64,000 bases of DNA from Candidatus Aenigmatarchaeota archaeon (lineage in GTDB: Archaea > Aenigmatarchaeota > Aenigmatarchaeia > CG10238-14 > SCSR01), in NCBI GenBank assembly GCA_038999725.1, contig JAWBWS010000002.1, positions 64,001-128,000 of the forward strand, given 5' to 3'. Position numbers and translations under genes: made by a program. How positions within the stretch are numbered: the first letter of the stretch is position 1; every line of letters begins with the position of its first letter. This document shows positions 46,976-56,630 of this stretch, piece by piece. The notes under the pieces are model-generated. The model worked only from the letters and a program-made list of their open reading frames with translations. It was not told the DNA's origin and searched no databases.

Positions 46976-47686
46976 ATGGCAAAGGGCGATGTTAAACTCA
47001 TAGTTGATGGGAGAAGGCTTGATGGAAGATTACCAGAAGAGATGAGAAAGGTTGAGATGAAGGTAGGTGTGGTTAGCAGGGCTGATGGTTCTGCTATGGT
47101 CAGATTTGGTAATACTGCTGCAATTGCAGCAGTTTATGGTCCAAGGCCTGTTTATCCTAAATATCTTCAAGAAGTTAAAAGTGGTATATTGAGATGTAGA
47201 TACAACATGGCACCGTTTTCTGTTTCTGAAAGAAAATCACCAGGTCCTGATAGAAGAAGCATAGAACTTTCAAAAGTGATAAGGCTTGCTCTAGAGCCTG
47301 CAATCTTCTTGGAAGAATTTCCAAAAGCAGTTATAGATGTTTTTGTAGAAATTTTACAAGCAGATGGCTCGACAAGAGTTACTGGAATAAATGCGGCAAG
47401 CCTTGCTTTGGCTTCTGCTGGCATACCAATGAAAGATTTGGTTGCAGCATGCTCTGTTGGAAAGATTGATAAAACTTTAATCCTAGACCTTTCTGGGATT
47501 GAGGACAATAATTCCGAGTGTGACATGGCTTTTGCCATGATGCCGAGCAAGGAAAAAATAACACTGCTACAAATGGATGGAATTTTAACAAAAGAAGAAA
47601 TTAAGAGATTAATGGAAATTGCAAGAGAAGCTTGTGGGAAAATTTACGAGATGCAAAAAAATGCTATAAGGGAAAAATACAGGTGA
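46976..47686 (+). CDS. rrp41: exosome exonuclease Rrp41
   Basis: RLDGR, YNMAPFS, LQADGSTR. Confidence 0.97.
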   Translation: MAKGDVKLIVDGRRLDGRLPEEMRKVEMKVGVVSRADGSAMVRFGNTAAIAAVYGPRPVYPKYLQEVKSGILRCRYNMAPFSVSERKSPGPDRRSIELSKVIRLALEPAIFLEEFPKAVIDVFVEILQADGSTRVTGINAASLALASAGIPMKDLVAACSVGKIDKTLILDLSGIEDNNSECDMAFAMMPSKEKITLLQMDGILTKEEIKRLMEIAREACGKIYEMQKNAIREKYR

Positions 47687-47691
47687 GAAAA

Positions 47692-48453
47692 ATGGATGGA
47701 GAGTATGCGCTTGAGCTTATAGAGAAGGGGAAAAGGATAGATGGTAGGAAGTTTGAGGAATTTAGAAAAATAGAAATCATGCCAAATGTTGTTAAAAATG
47801 CTGAAGGTTCTGCTTCTGTAAAATTTGGTGAAACAGAAGTTGTGGCTGGTGTGAAGCTTGATTTGGGTGAACCTTTTCCAGATACACCAGAAGAGGGTAT
47901 ATTGATTGTGAATGCTGAGTTCACCCCATTAGCCTCTCCTGATTTTGAAGCAGGACCACCAGGAGAAGATGCAATTGAGCTTGCAAGAATAGTGGACAGG
48001 GGAATAAGATCTTCGCATTGTATTAAGTTGGATGAGCTTTGTTTAGAGCCTGGAAAGAAGGTTTGGTGTGTTTTTGTTGATATCCACATTATTAACCATA
48101 AGGGTAATCTCCTTGATGCTTCTACTCTAGCAAGTCTTGTTGCATTGTTGAATACAAGGATACCAAAAGTTGAAGGCGAGAAAATATTGAGAGGGGAATA
48201 TGAAAAACAACTACCTGTTCAATTCAAACCTATAAATGTTAGTGTTTGCAAAATTAAAGAAAATTTCTTGGTTGATCCGGTGCTGGAGGAAGAAGAAATA
48301 GTGGAGTCAAGATTAAGTGTTAGTGTAAGGGAAGATGATTTAATTTGTACAATACAAAAGCAGGGAAATGGAGAATTGAATGCAAAGGATATAGAGAAGA
48401 TGATAGAAATTGCAATGGAAAAAAGTAAGGAAATAAGGAAGTTGGTGGTGTGA
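47692..48453 (+). CDS. rrp42: exosome subunit Rrp42
   Basis: RIDGR, PFPDTP, ELARIVDRGIR. Confidence 0.97.
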   Translation: MDGEYALELIEKGKRIDGRKFEEFRKIEIMPNVVKNAEGSASVKFGETEVVAGVKLDLGEPFPDTPEEGILIVNAEFTPLASPDFEAGPPGEDAIELARIVDRGIRSSHCIKLDELCLEPGKKVWCVFVDIHIINHKGNLLDASTLASLVALLNTRIPKVEGEKILRGEYEKQLPVQFKPINVSVCKIKENFLVDPVLEEEEIVESRLSVSVREDDLICTIQKQGNGELNAKDIEKMIEIAMEKSKEIRKLVV

Positions 48454-48620
48454 TGGCAATCAAACACATAACCAAAAAAATAAAGCTTGGAAAAATAAGG
48501 AAGGTGAAGAACGCGCCAAGGTGGGCAGATATAAGGAAATTTGGGTTGAAGAGAGCAAGGACGAGAAGGATTTCTGTTGATAAAGTTAAGAAGTGGAGGA
48601 GGACTAGGTTGAGGGTTTAG
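48453..48620 (+). CDS. rpl39e: 50S ribosomal protein L39e
   Basis: Translated by hand: MAIKHITKKIKLGK...APRWADIRK...WRRTRLRV; upstream of L31e. Confidence 0.85.
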   Translation: MAIKHITKKIKLGKIRKVKNAPRWADIRKFGLKRARTRRISVDKVKKWRRTRLRV

Positions 48621-48621
48621 C

Positions 48622-48873
48622 ATGCCCGAAGAAAGGTTCTTGACCATAAACTTGAGAAAAGAATTAAAAAAATCTAGAAGGGTGAAAAGAGCTAATAGGC
48701 TTGTAAAATTGATAAGAGAGAAAGTTGGGAAGATGTTCAAGGGGCTTGAAGTCAAAATAGATAAAAGTGTTAATGAAGAAATCTGGAAGCATGGGGCTAA
48801 AAAACCTCCCACAAGGCTAAGGCTAAAGGTAAAAAAAGAAGAAAAAAGTGTAAGGGTTGAATTGGGAAAGTGA
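48622..48873 (+). CDS. rpl31e: 50S ribosomal protein L31e
   Basis: TINLR, KRANR, VNEEIWKHGAKKPP. Confidence 0.95.
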   Translation: MPEERFLTINLRKELKKSRRVKRANRLVKLIREKVGKMFKGLEVKIDKSVNEEIWKHGAKKPPTRLRLKVKKEEKSVRVELGK

Positions 48874-48877
48874 TAAT

Positions 48878-49552
48878 TTGAAAATCTGGCAAACGAACTT
48901 TTTTGGGGACCATAACTTGGGGCTTTATGGTAAAGCCTCTGACGGCATTTGTATTCTTGGAACAATCCTTGAAGAAAAAAGAGAAAAAATTGAAGAAGTT
49001 TTAAAGGTGAAATCTGTTGCTTTAAGTTTATCTTCTACAGATTTCATTGGGATTTTTTGTGCTTTGAATGAGAATGGAATTGTTGTGCCGAAGATTTTAA
49101 CAGATTTTGAGAAAAAGAAGCTTGTTGAACTCAAGAAGCTTTTTGGGATGAATCTATTGATATTGAAATCGAAATTCACGGCAGTTGGAAATTTGATCTT
49201 GTGTAATGGAAAGGGGGCTGTTGTGAGCAAGTTTTTTAGCAAAAAGGAGAAGGAAGAAATAGAAGATTGCCTTGGTGTTGAGGCTATTTTTTCGAGCATA
49301 GCAGGGATTCAAACAGTTGGGTCTTGTGGAGTTGCGACAAATAAAGGATGTTTGCTGCACAGGGATGCAGGTGAAGAAGAAATAAAAAAAGTGGAAGAAA
49401 TTTTGAAGGTTAGAGTTGATATAGGAACTGCAAATTTTGGCTCACCCTTTGTTGGTGCCTGCATCTTAGCGAATAGTAAAGGGGGTTTGGTTGGTGAAAG
49501 CACGACAGGACCAGAAATGGTAAGAATTCAAGAAGCTTTAGATTTGTTGTAA
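48878..49552 (+). CDS. eif6: translation initiation factor aIF6
   Basis: VGNLILCN, TNKGCLLH, GTANFG, TTGPE. Confidence 0.95.
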   Translation: MKIWQTNFFGDHNLGLYGKASDGICILGTILEEKREKIEEVLKVKSVALSLSSTDFIGIFCALNENGIVVPKILTDFEKKKLVELKKLFGMNLLILKSKFTAVGNLILCNGKGAVVSKFFSKKEKEEIEDCLGVEAIFSSIAGIQTVGSCGVATNKGCLLHRDAGEEEIKKVEEILKVRVDIGTANFGSPFVGACILANSKGGLVGESTTGPEMVRIQEALDLL

Positions 49553-49613
49553 TTTCTTATCTCCAAAATTGCCCTATTCTTGAAGTTTATGCTCTTTTGA
49601 TTGTCAAGTCAAA

Positions 49614-49778
49614 CTATTTTTTCCAAATTGTTAAACCACACTTTCCACAATACCATCTGTCTTCATGTTCGGCCATAAAAGTTCCTTCTCCACACCTATC
49701 ACAAACTCTTTTCCTCTTCTCAATTTTACCTTCTTTTAAGATAAAAAAATCACTTTGCTTCACCGACTTGTGTTTCAC
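49614..49778 (-). CDS. rps27ae: 30S ribosomal protein S27ae
   Basis: Translated by hand: ...[23 protein letters not shown]. Confidence 0.95.
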   Translation of the reverse strand: MKHKSVKQSDFFILKEGKIEKRKRVCDRCGEGTFMAEHEDRWYCGKCGLTIWKK

Positions 49779-50034
49779 TTTTCACCTCCTTTTTTCGCTC
49801 AACTTTTGGTGGTTCTTGATAAATTTTAATTTTTGCAAAAGATTCTGGCAGGCCTTTTTTCGTGAAGATGTAATTCACCACAACACAATCTTCAGGAGCA
49901 GAATATTTTACAGCTATCTCTTTTATCAAATCCTGTTTCTTTGGTGTTGGTGAGTTTGGATGCTTAATGTTCAACTTTATTTCTTTCCTTTTCAACAAAA
50001 CATTTTCCTTTTCCTCAAGAATTTCAATCTCCAT
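49750..50034 (-). CDS. rps24e: 30S ribosomal protein S24e
   Basis: [13 protein letters not shown]. Confidence 0.93.
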   Translation of the reverse strand: MEIEILEEKENVLLKRKEIKLNIKHPNSPTPKKQDLIKEIAVKYSAPEDCVVVNYIFTKKGLPESFAKIKIYQEPPKVERKKEVKSETQVGEAK

Positions 50035-50036
50035 GT

Positions 50037-50225
50037 TTATCCCACGTACAAAGCGTACTTGTCGGGTTCGCTTATCTTCAAGGCTTTTGCTACTTCGCTA
50101 TTTGGATCCAAAATTATAACCATGCCTTTCCAACTTGTGGAAAGATTTGTTGACTTACAGACAGGACAAATTTTTTCCATGGTAAAGCGCCTACAATTCC
50201 TACAAACTTGCATTCTCTTCGCCAT
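50037..50225 (-). CDS. spt4: transcription elongation factor Spt4 (RpoE'')
   Basis: CRNC..CPVC, WKG.VII.DP.SEVA. Confidence 0.95.
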   Translation of the reverse strand: MAKRMQVCRNCRRFTMEKICPVCKSTNLSTSWKGMVIILDPNSEVAKALKISEPDKYALYVG

Positions 50226-50226
50226 C

Positions 50227-50784
50227 TCACTCCCTAGCCTTCTTTGCTTTCTTCTTTTCTTCTTCTATCCAAACCAAAGAGCCTAGCAAAGGCTGCCTCA
50301 TGGTTAAACCTATTTTATTTTCTTCTTTTCCAAAGCTGAGAGAAATTATTCTTGCTCTCACCAAATCCCCCTCTTTCAAAGTTTTCTTACTCTCCTTACC
50401 AAGAAAAACCGAACTTTTATTATCAAAACTCACGAAATCGTCCATCAGTTGAGAGATGTGAACAAGACCATCCATTGGCCCTATTCTTACAAAAGCCCCA
50501 AATTCTGTGTTATCTATAACCTCACCATAAACAAGCTCATGAAGCTCTGGCTTGAATGTTAACAATTTAAAAACTGCTTTGTAAAAAATTCCTGGATCGC
50601 CTGGAATTATCTTTCCCTCACCCACACTTTCCACTTCTGTGCAAGCAAGGATAAAACCTATTCTTGGGTCTAGGGTGCACTCCAAGCTTTCTTGAATGCT
50701 TTGTTTAACCGCATCTTTAACTTTCATGTTGAATTTTGTTGGTGGTACTCTTATCTTATCTTCAACTTCAACTATTTTATACAT
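50227..50784 (-). CDS. rpoE1: RNA polymerase subunit E' (Rpo7)
   Basis: GAFVRIGPMDGLVHISQ, IGLTMRQP.LG. Confidence 0.97.
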   Translation of the reverse strand: MYKIVEVEDKIRVPPTKFNMKVKDAVKQSIQESLECTLDPRIGFILACTEVESVGEGKIIPGDPGIFYKAVFKLLTFKPELHELVYGEVIDNTEFGAFVRIGPMDGLVHISQLMDDFVSFDNKSSVFLGKESKKTLKEGDLVRARIISLSFGKEENKIGLTMRQPLLGSLVWIEEEKKKAKKARE

Positions 50785-51152
50785 CAGCTCACTTCCACTT
50801 TTTTATTTCCTCTTAAATAAATTGTTTTTATTCCAGCCTCTCTTAGTTTTTTTCTTAACTTTGAATCATTAGTTGCAATTATTGTATTTTTGTCAGCAAG
50901 ACTTAAAAAAGCTTTGTCAGGGTTTTCCTCTGTCTCCCAAACATTAATTTTTTTCAGCTCTATAAACTTAAGTGCTGCTCTTGCCAGTTTACCTTCCTCA
51001 CCTTTGTTTCTTGCCAATTTTTTTAGTTCTAAGATGCTTGAAGAAAGGATGAAAAGATTGTATTTGCAAAACAGCACCTCCGAAATTTTCTCAACCTCAA
51101 CTTTAAACCTAATCAAATCCATCAAAAAATTCGTGTCAATAAAAACCTTCAT
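50784..51152 (-). CDS. PIN-domain protein (Fcf1/Utp24-like)
   Basis: IDTNFL, ATND..LRKKL; canonical position before rpoE'. Confidence 0.9.
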   Translation of the reverse strand: MKVFIDTNFLMDLIRFKVEVEKISEVLFCKYNLFILSSSILELKKLARNKGEEGKLARAALKFIELKKINVWETEENPDKAFLSLADKNTIIATNDSKLRKKLREAGIKTIYLRGNKKVEVS

Positions 51153-51186
51153 AAGATTTATATGCCAAAAAAATTAAATAAAAAGT

Positions 51187-51576
51187 ATGGAGAAGAAGGG
51201 GGTTTCAACTGTAATAGCAACACTTTTGATGTTATTGATATCAATAGCTCTAGCAGGGGTTGCTTATAGCTACTTCTCAAGTCTTGTTGTAACGGGTACA
51301 CAGGGGATAGAGCTGGTTGATAATTATTGCAATGGCACACATGCGTTTATAGTAATAAAGAATATTGGTACTAACCCCATACCAGAGAATGAGATATATT
51401 GTACTCAAATTGCACCCTCTGGGGATAGTTGCACAATCTCAACCCCACCAATTAATCCAGGGGAGATTTATACTATCATTGACGCCTGTTCTGGACAGGG
51501 AAGCAGGAGTTGTAGATATAGGGTAGGTGCAAAAACTGGGGGAAAATATATAGAGGTTAATATATATTGCTACTAA
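51187..51576 (+). CDS. archaeal type IV pilin-like protein
   Basis: Class III signal KKG|VSTVIATLLMLLISIALAG; IKNIGT. Confidence 0.85.
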   Translation: MEKKGVSTVIATLLMLLISIALAGVAYSYFSSLVVTGTQGIELVDNYCNGTHAFIVIKNIGTNPIPENEIYCTQIAPSGDSCTISTPPINPGEIYTIIDACSGQGSRSCRYRVGAKTGGKYIEVNIYCY

Positions 51577-52802
51577 ACGAGAACACCATAACCAACCAAA
51601 CACCATCTTCCACCAATTTGCCTAGAAACTACAATCTTGTTATTCTTTTCAACACAAATAGGGATTTTTAAATCAAGTCTTACTCTATTTTTCTTCACTT
51701 CAACCACACTTCCTATTGATCTAGCAGTACCTGCGTTTATCATCAAATTCTCATTTTGCTTGATTGGTGACATTTCTTCTAAATCTTTTGAGCCAACTAC
51801 CCTTTCCAAAAGGGTTATTTCCATTTCCAAACTTTTTAAAACTTCTGGAAGCTTCCCAGGATGCCCAACCAAATTTCCCACAAGCAAATCAGATTTTGTC
51901 AAGAAAGGGTCAAGCTCGGTTAATGCACCAAGCAAGCCTCCTGGTCCAGCCTCTTCTAAATCCCTTTTTGCTTTTTGCAAGCCAACAACTTTTGTAACTA
52001 AAGGTTGATATTTTTCCTTGATTTTCACCCCAGGCCTTATCTCAATTTCGTCCTCAAGCTTAAGCTTACCTTGAACTATAGCTCCTCCCAAAACCCCTCC
52101 CACAAGCTTCTCGGGCTCAGTTCCGGGTTTATTTATATCAAAACTTCTTGCCACAAGCATCCTCAACTCCTTAGTTTCATCGCGCTTAGGGGTTGGAATA
52201 AACTTTTCTATAGCTTCTATAACAGCATCTATATTAATTTTGTAAGGGGAGGAAACAGGAATTATAGGGGAATTTTCCAATATCGTGTCTTTTAGAAAAT
52301 CTTTTATCTGTTGGTAGTTGTTTAGAGCTTGTTCTTCAGAAACCAAGTCGATTTTTGTCTGAACAACTACAACATTCTTTATTCCTATTATCTCAAGAGC
52401 TTTCAAATGCTCCTTTGTTTGGGGTTGGGGACATTTTTCATTCGCAGCTATAACCAAAATTGCCCCGTCCATAATACTTGCTCCTGTCAAAACTGTTGCC
52501 ATCAAGGTTTCGTGGCCTGGAGCATCAATGAAGCTCACTGTTCTCTGAAGTTCTGTATCCGAGAAACAGAATGGACATTTGGAAGAAGTGGAGTAGCGCC
52601 CACAGTTTAAGCATTTATAGAAAGAAGTGTCAGCATAGCCCAGGCGTATTGTTATACCGCGCTTTAGTTCTTCTGAGTGTGTTAAAGTTCTTTTGCCTGA
52701 AATTGCTTCAACCAAAGTGCTCTTGCCATGAGCAACATGGCCAACAAGGCCTATGTTTACCTCTGGAATAAGTTTAGGATTTACTTCCTTGAACTTTCTC
52801 AC
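51573..52802 (-). CDS. eif2g: translation initiation factor 2 gamma subunit
   Basis: EELKRGITIRLGY, DAPGH, PQPQT, RSFDINKPG. Confidence 0.97.
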   Translation of the reverse strand: MRKFKEVNPKLIPEVNIGLVGHVAHGKSTLVEAISGKRTLTHSEELKRGITIRLGYADTSFYKCLNCGRYSTSSKCPFCFSDTELQRTVSFIDAPGHETLMATVLTGASIMDGAILVIAANEKCPQPQTKEHLKALEIIGIKNVVVVQTKIDLVSEEQALNNYQQIKDFLKDTILENSPIIPVSSPYKINIDAVIEAIEKFIPTPKRDETKELRMLVARSFDINKPGTEPEKLVGGVLGGAIVQGKLKLEDEIEIRPGVKIKEKYQPLVTKVVGLQKAKRDLEEAGPGGLLGALTELDPFLTKSDLLVGNLVGHPGKLPEVLKSLEMEITLLERVVGSKDLEEMSPIKQNENLMINAGTARSIGSVVEVKKNRVRLDLKIPICVEKNNKIVVSRQIGGRWCLVGYGVLV

Positions 52803-53202
52803 CCCCTTTCTCAGCCTTTTGTTTTATTGGTATAAGCTCTTCAATTGGCTTTTCTCCTTTCTTGGTAATTTTAACATTAATTTGTACTATATCAGCAGAA
52901 ATTGTGTTGCCCCTTACTGTTTTTCTTCTTCTTTCTCCCTTCTTTCTTGGATGAAAACAAGGTGGACCTGAAAGTAAAACTCTCTTTTTCACGCTTCCTG
53001 GGATAGATGGATGCATTGGAAAGCCGTCTTTATCACTCCCTCCTGTTATTTTCAGCAAATAGCCTGGTAAGCCTATCAAGTCCCCGTTAAACTCTTCCCC
53101 TATCTTCTTACCAATCAAACCAAAAACTTTGGATTGGTCTACTTCAAGCTGGTAGCTCTTCCTTGTTTCTGGGTCGCTTATTACAAACTTGAATGAAGCC
53201 AT
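52774..53202 (-). CDS. rps6e: 30S ribosomal protein S6e
   Basis: ITGGSDKDGFPM, GERRRKTVRG. Confidence 0.97.
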   Translation of the reverse strand: MASFKFVISDPETRKSYQLEVDQSKVFGLIGKKIGEEFNGDLIGLPGYLLKITGGSDKDGFPMHPSIPGSVKKRVLLSGPPCFHPRKKGERRRKTVRGNTISADIVQINVKITKKGEKPIEELIPIKQKAEKGGEKVQGSKS

Positions 53203-53283
53203 GAAAACCACTTTTATTGATGTTGAAATTGTATATATTTATTTGTTAAACTAATTTAGAAAATATTAAAGGGTTGGACTTGA

Positions 53284-54414
53284 ATGAAAAAAGAAAAATT
53301 TGTGGTAACACCATGGGAAGTTAGAGGAAAAATAGACTATGAGAGGCTCGTAAAACAATTTGGAATCACACCAATAGATAAAAAACTTTTGGAAAGAATT
53401 GAAAAACATACGAAGGAACTTCACCACTTCTTAAGAAGAAAGATATTTTTCGCCCACCGTGATGTTAATTGGATTTTGGATGAATATGAAAAAGGAAACG
53501 AGTTCTTCCTCTACACAGGTAGAGCTCCTTCTGGTCCTGTCCACATGGGTCACTTAGTACCTTGGTTTTTCACAAAATGGTTGCAAGATAAATTTGACGT
53601 TGAGCTTTGGTTTCAGTTTCCTGATGAAGAGAAGTTTTTGTTCCATGAAGAACTTACCCTTGAGGACACCAAAAAATATACTTATGAAAATATGCTTGAT
53701 GTCATAGCTTTGGGGTTTGACCCAAAGAAAACTCATTTTCTTGTTGATACTATTCATGCCAACTTGATGTACAAAGAAGCTTGTAAGGTTGCTAAGAAAA
53801 TAACTTTCTCCACAGTTAGAGCCGTTTTTGGTTTCACAAATGAAACAAATATTGGATCAATTTTCTATACAGCAATGCAAGCTGTTCCAGCTTTTCTTCC
53901 ATCAATTTTAAAAGGGAAAAACATTCCTTGTTTGGTGCCTTTGGCTGTAGATCAAGACCCACATTTTAGGATAGCTAGAGATGTATTACCGAAACTTGGC
54001 TTTTACAAGCCTGCGATAATTCATTGCATCTTCTTACCAGGCTTGGAGGGAATGATGAAACAAGGGAAGATGTCATCTTCTGAAAAAAGAAGTGCTATTT
54101 TTACTATAGACCCTCCTGAAGTTGTCAGGGAAAAAATAATCAAATATGCTTTTTCCGGTGGACAGCCTACAGTAGAAGAACATAGAAAAAAAGGAGGAAA
54201 TCCAGATATAGATGTTTCTTACCAATGGCTAACTTTCTTTGAAGAAGATGACAAAAAGTTAGAAAGGATTAGAGAAGATTATAAAAGTGGGAAATTGCTT
54301 ACAGGTGAGCTTAAAAATATTTTGATTGAAAAGTTAAACAATTTCTTGAAAGAACACCAAAAGAAGAGAGAAAAAGCAAGGGATCAAATAGAGAAATTCA
54401 TTTTTAGGGAATAA
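53284..54414 (+). CDS. trpS: tryptophanyl-tRNA synthetase
   Basis: VTPWEV, HMGH, DQDPHFR, KMSSS. Confidence 0.97.
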   Translation: MKKEKFVVTPWEVRGKIDYERLVKQFGITPIDKKLLERIEKHTKELHHFLRRKIFFAHRDVNWILDEYEKGNEFFLYTGRAPSGPVHMGHLVPWFFTKWLQDKFDVELWFQFPDEEKFLFHEELTLEDTKKYTYENMLDVIALGFDPKKTHFLVDTIHANLMYKEACKVAKKITFSTVRAVFGFTNETNIGSIFYTAMQAVPAFLPSILKGKNIPCLVPLAVDQDPHFRIARDVLPKLGFYKPAIIHCIFLPGLEGMMKQGKMSSSEKRSAIFTIDPPEVVREKIIKYAFSGGQPTVEEHRKKGGNPDIDVSYQWLTFFEEDDKKLERIREDYKSGKLLTGELKNILIEKLNNFLKEHQKKREKARDQIEKFIFRE

Positions 54415-54415
54415 G

Positions 54416-55129
54416 ATGAAAGAATTTCCTTTTGTATCTGTGATAATACCTACACTAGACGAGGAAAAATACATAGAAAGTTGCATAAAAGCTTTAAAAG
54501 CTCAAGACTATGGAGGGGAATATGAAATAATAGTTGCTGATGGTATGAGTAAAGATAAGACAAGAGAAATTGTAGAGAAGTATGCTGATAAAGTTCTTCT
54601 TGTGAAGAAAAAAGGTGTGGCAGCTGGTAGAAATGTGGGAGCGAGAAAAGCTAAAGGTGATATACTTCTCTTCATAGATGCTGATACTGTTGCACCCTTC
54701 AACCTCTTGAGGGAAATTGTGGGTGGATTTAAAAAAGGTGTTGTAGGTGTTACTTGCCCTGTTGCACCTTTAAGTGCTAGCACCTCCGAGTTTCTACTTT
54801 TTTGGTTTTATAATCAGTTTATGAAAGCTTCTCTCCGAACTAAAAAACCACAAGTTGCTGGGGTATGCGTAGCTTATGAAAGGAAAGCTTTTGAAAAAGT
54901 TGGTGGGTTTGATGAAAGTATGATATTTTGTGAAGATTATGATCTTTCTGAAAGAATTTCAAAACTGGGAAAAATTGTTTGTGTGAATTCAACTTTTGTG
55001 ATGACATCACCAAGGAGAATAAGGAAGTGGGGAAAGACTAAAGCTGTAATAAAATATTTGAAACTTTATTTAACTTATTTATTGGTGAGAAAAATAAGCA
55101 ATACCAATGAATATCCTCCTGTAAGATGA
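54416..55129 (+). CDS. GT2 family glycosyltransferase
   Basis: VSVIIPT, FIDAD, GGFDE..CED, TSPRR. Confidence 0.92.
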   Translation: MKEFPFVSVIIPTLDEEKYIESCIKALKAQDYGGEYEIIVADGMSKDKTREIVEKYADKVLLVKKKGVAAGRNVGARKAKGDILLFIDADTVAPFNLLREIVGGFKKGVVGVTCPVAPLSASTSEFLLFWFYNQFMKASLRTKKPQVAGVCVAYERKAFEKVGGFDESMIFCEDYDLSERISKLGKIVCVNSTFVMTSPRRIRKWGKTKAVIKYLKLYLTYLLVRKISNTNEYPPVR

Positions 55130-55318
55130 AAGCTTATAAGTTTGTAGCTTCTATAGTTAAAATAATGATGGCGATGCCGCTCCAATTTATTGGCTGAAGT
55201 TAAGTTTTTTTACAGCTTTTTCTAAATCAATTTTCAAAAATTTAAGTTCTAGAGAAAGTTTAAAGAAGAACCTCTTTGAGTATAAAAATAATATAAACAA
55301 AATCAAATAGGTGATTAA

Positions 55319-56584
55319 ATGCCAAGTTATAAACTGACAGAAGAAGGAAAAGAATATTTGGAAAAGGGTCTGCCAGAAAAAAATCTTGTTTTGCTCCTAG
55401 ACAGCTTGCCAAGGAAAACTGCAACTATTGGTAAGCTTGTATTTAGAGTCAAAAATTTTCCAATAGCTTTGAAATGGGCTTTGGAAAAGGGTTGGGTGAT
55501 GAAGAAAGGTGATGAAATAATTCTAATGAAGCCGGTGCCTGAAGAAATTCCAGAAGAAGAAGCTTTGAAGAGAATAAGCAAGGGTAAACCTGTGGATGAA
55601 GGAATCTTGAAAATTTTGATTGAAAGAAACCTTGTTGAAAAAATTACAGAAATTTACAAAGCTACAGAGGAGGCTCTTGCTAAAGCAGGGAATGTTATAG
55701 ATGTTTTAACTCACGATCTTCTTGTCACAAAATTGTGGAAGGGTAGAAAGTTCAAGGCAGTTGATATTAATGTAAAGAAGAAGCTTGAAATAGAAAAAAT
55801 TTCCCCTGGTAAAAGACAACCTTATCTTCAGTTTTTGAGTCAAATAAGGAAGAAGCTTGCTGAGATGGGCTTCATTGAAATGAAAGGCCCAACTATAGAA
55901 ACACAATTCTGGAATTTTGATGCTTTGTATCAACCGCAAAACCATCCTGCGAGAGATTGGTGGAGTACTTATGTTATGAAATATCCAAAGTTTGGAAAAC
56001 TGCCTAAGAAATTTGTTGAAGTTGTGGGGAAAACTCATGAAAAGGGGATTGCAGGAAGTGTTGGTTGGGGTTATAAATGGGACCCACGAATTGCCATGCA
56101 ACTTATGCCAAGGGCACATGGCACTTGTTTGTCTGCAAGAACTTTAGCCAGTAAACCAAAAATTCCGAGTAAATATTTTGCGATAGCAAGATGTTACAGG
56201 CCTGATGTGATTGATGCTTCACATGGAGTTGAATTTAATCAAGTTGAAGGGATTGTTTTGGGGGAAGACTTAAACTTTAAGAATTTGCTCGGTTTGCTAA
56301 AGCAGTTCGCCGAAGAGATAGCAGGGGTTAAGGAAGTTAAGTTCACATGTGCATACTTCCCATTCACTGAACCATCATGTGAACTTTTAATAAATCATCC
56401 AAAATTGGGTTGGATAGAAAGCGGTGGTGCTGGCATCTTCAGAGAAGAGGTAACAAGACCGTTAGGAATAAATGTTCCTGTGCTAGCTTGGGGATTGGGT
56501 GTAGATAGATTATTCATGGTAAAAGTTGGTATAAATGACATAAGGGAATTGTTCACAAGGGACTTAAAATGGTTAAGAGGGTAA
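55319..56584 (+). CDS. pheS: phenylalanyl-tRNA synthetase alpha subunit
   Basis: WNFDAL.QPQNHPARD, YFPFTEPS, AWGLG. Confidence 0.97.
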   Translation: MPSYKLTEEGKEYLEKGLPEKNLVLLLDSLPRKTATIGKLVFRVKNFPIALKWALEKGWVMKKGDEIILMKPVPEEIPEEEALKRISKGKPVDEGILKILIERNLVEKITEIYKATEEALAKAGNVIDVLTHDLLVTKLWKGRKFKAVDINVKKKLEIEKISPGKRQPYLQFLSQIRKKLAEMGFIEMKGPTIETQFWNFDALYQPQNHPARDWWSTYVMKYPKFGKLPKKFVEVVGKTHEKGIAGSVGWGYKWDPRIAMQLMPRAHGTCLSARTLASKPKIPSKYFAIARCYRPDVIDASHGVEFNQVEGIVLGEDLNFKNLLGLLKQFAEEIAGVKEVKFTCAYFPFTEPSCELLINHPKLGWIESGGAGIFREEVTRPLGINVPVLAWGLGVDRLFMVKVGINDIRELFTRDLKWLRG

Positions 56585-56630
56585 AAATTTCAAACCAAAC
56601 TTTCAAACATTGGAATAAAGGGAGATTTGA

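Noticed and set aside
55164..55197. Possible C/D box sRNA (ATGATGG...CTGA)
   Set aside because: Imperfect C box, too short, and no internal D'/C' pair or terminal stem.
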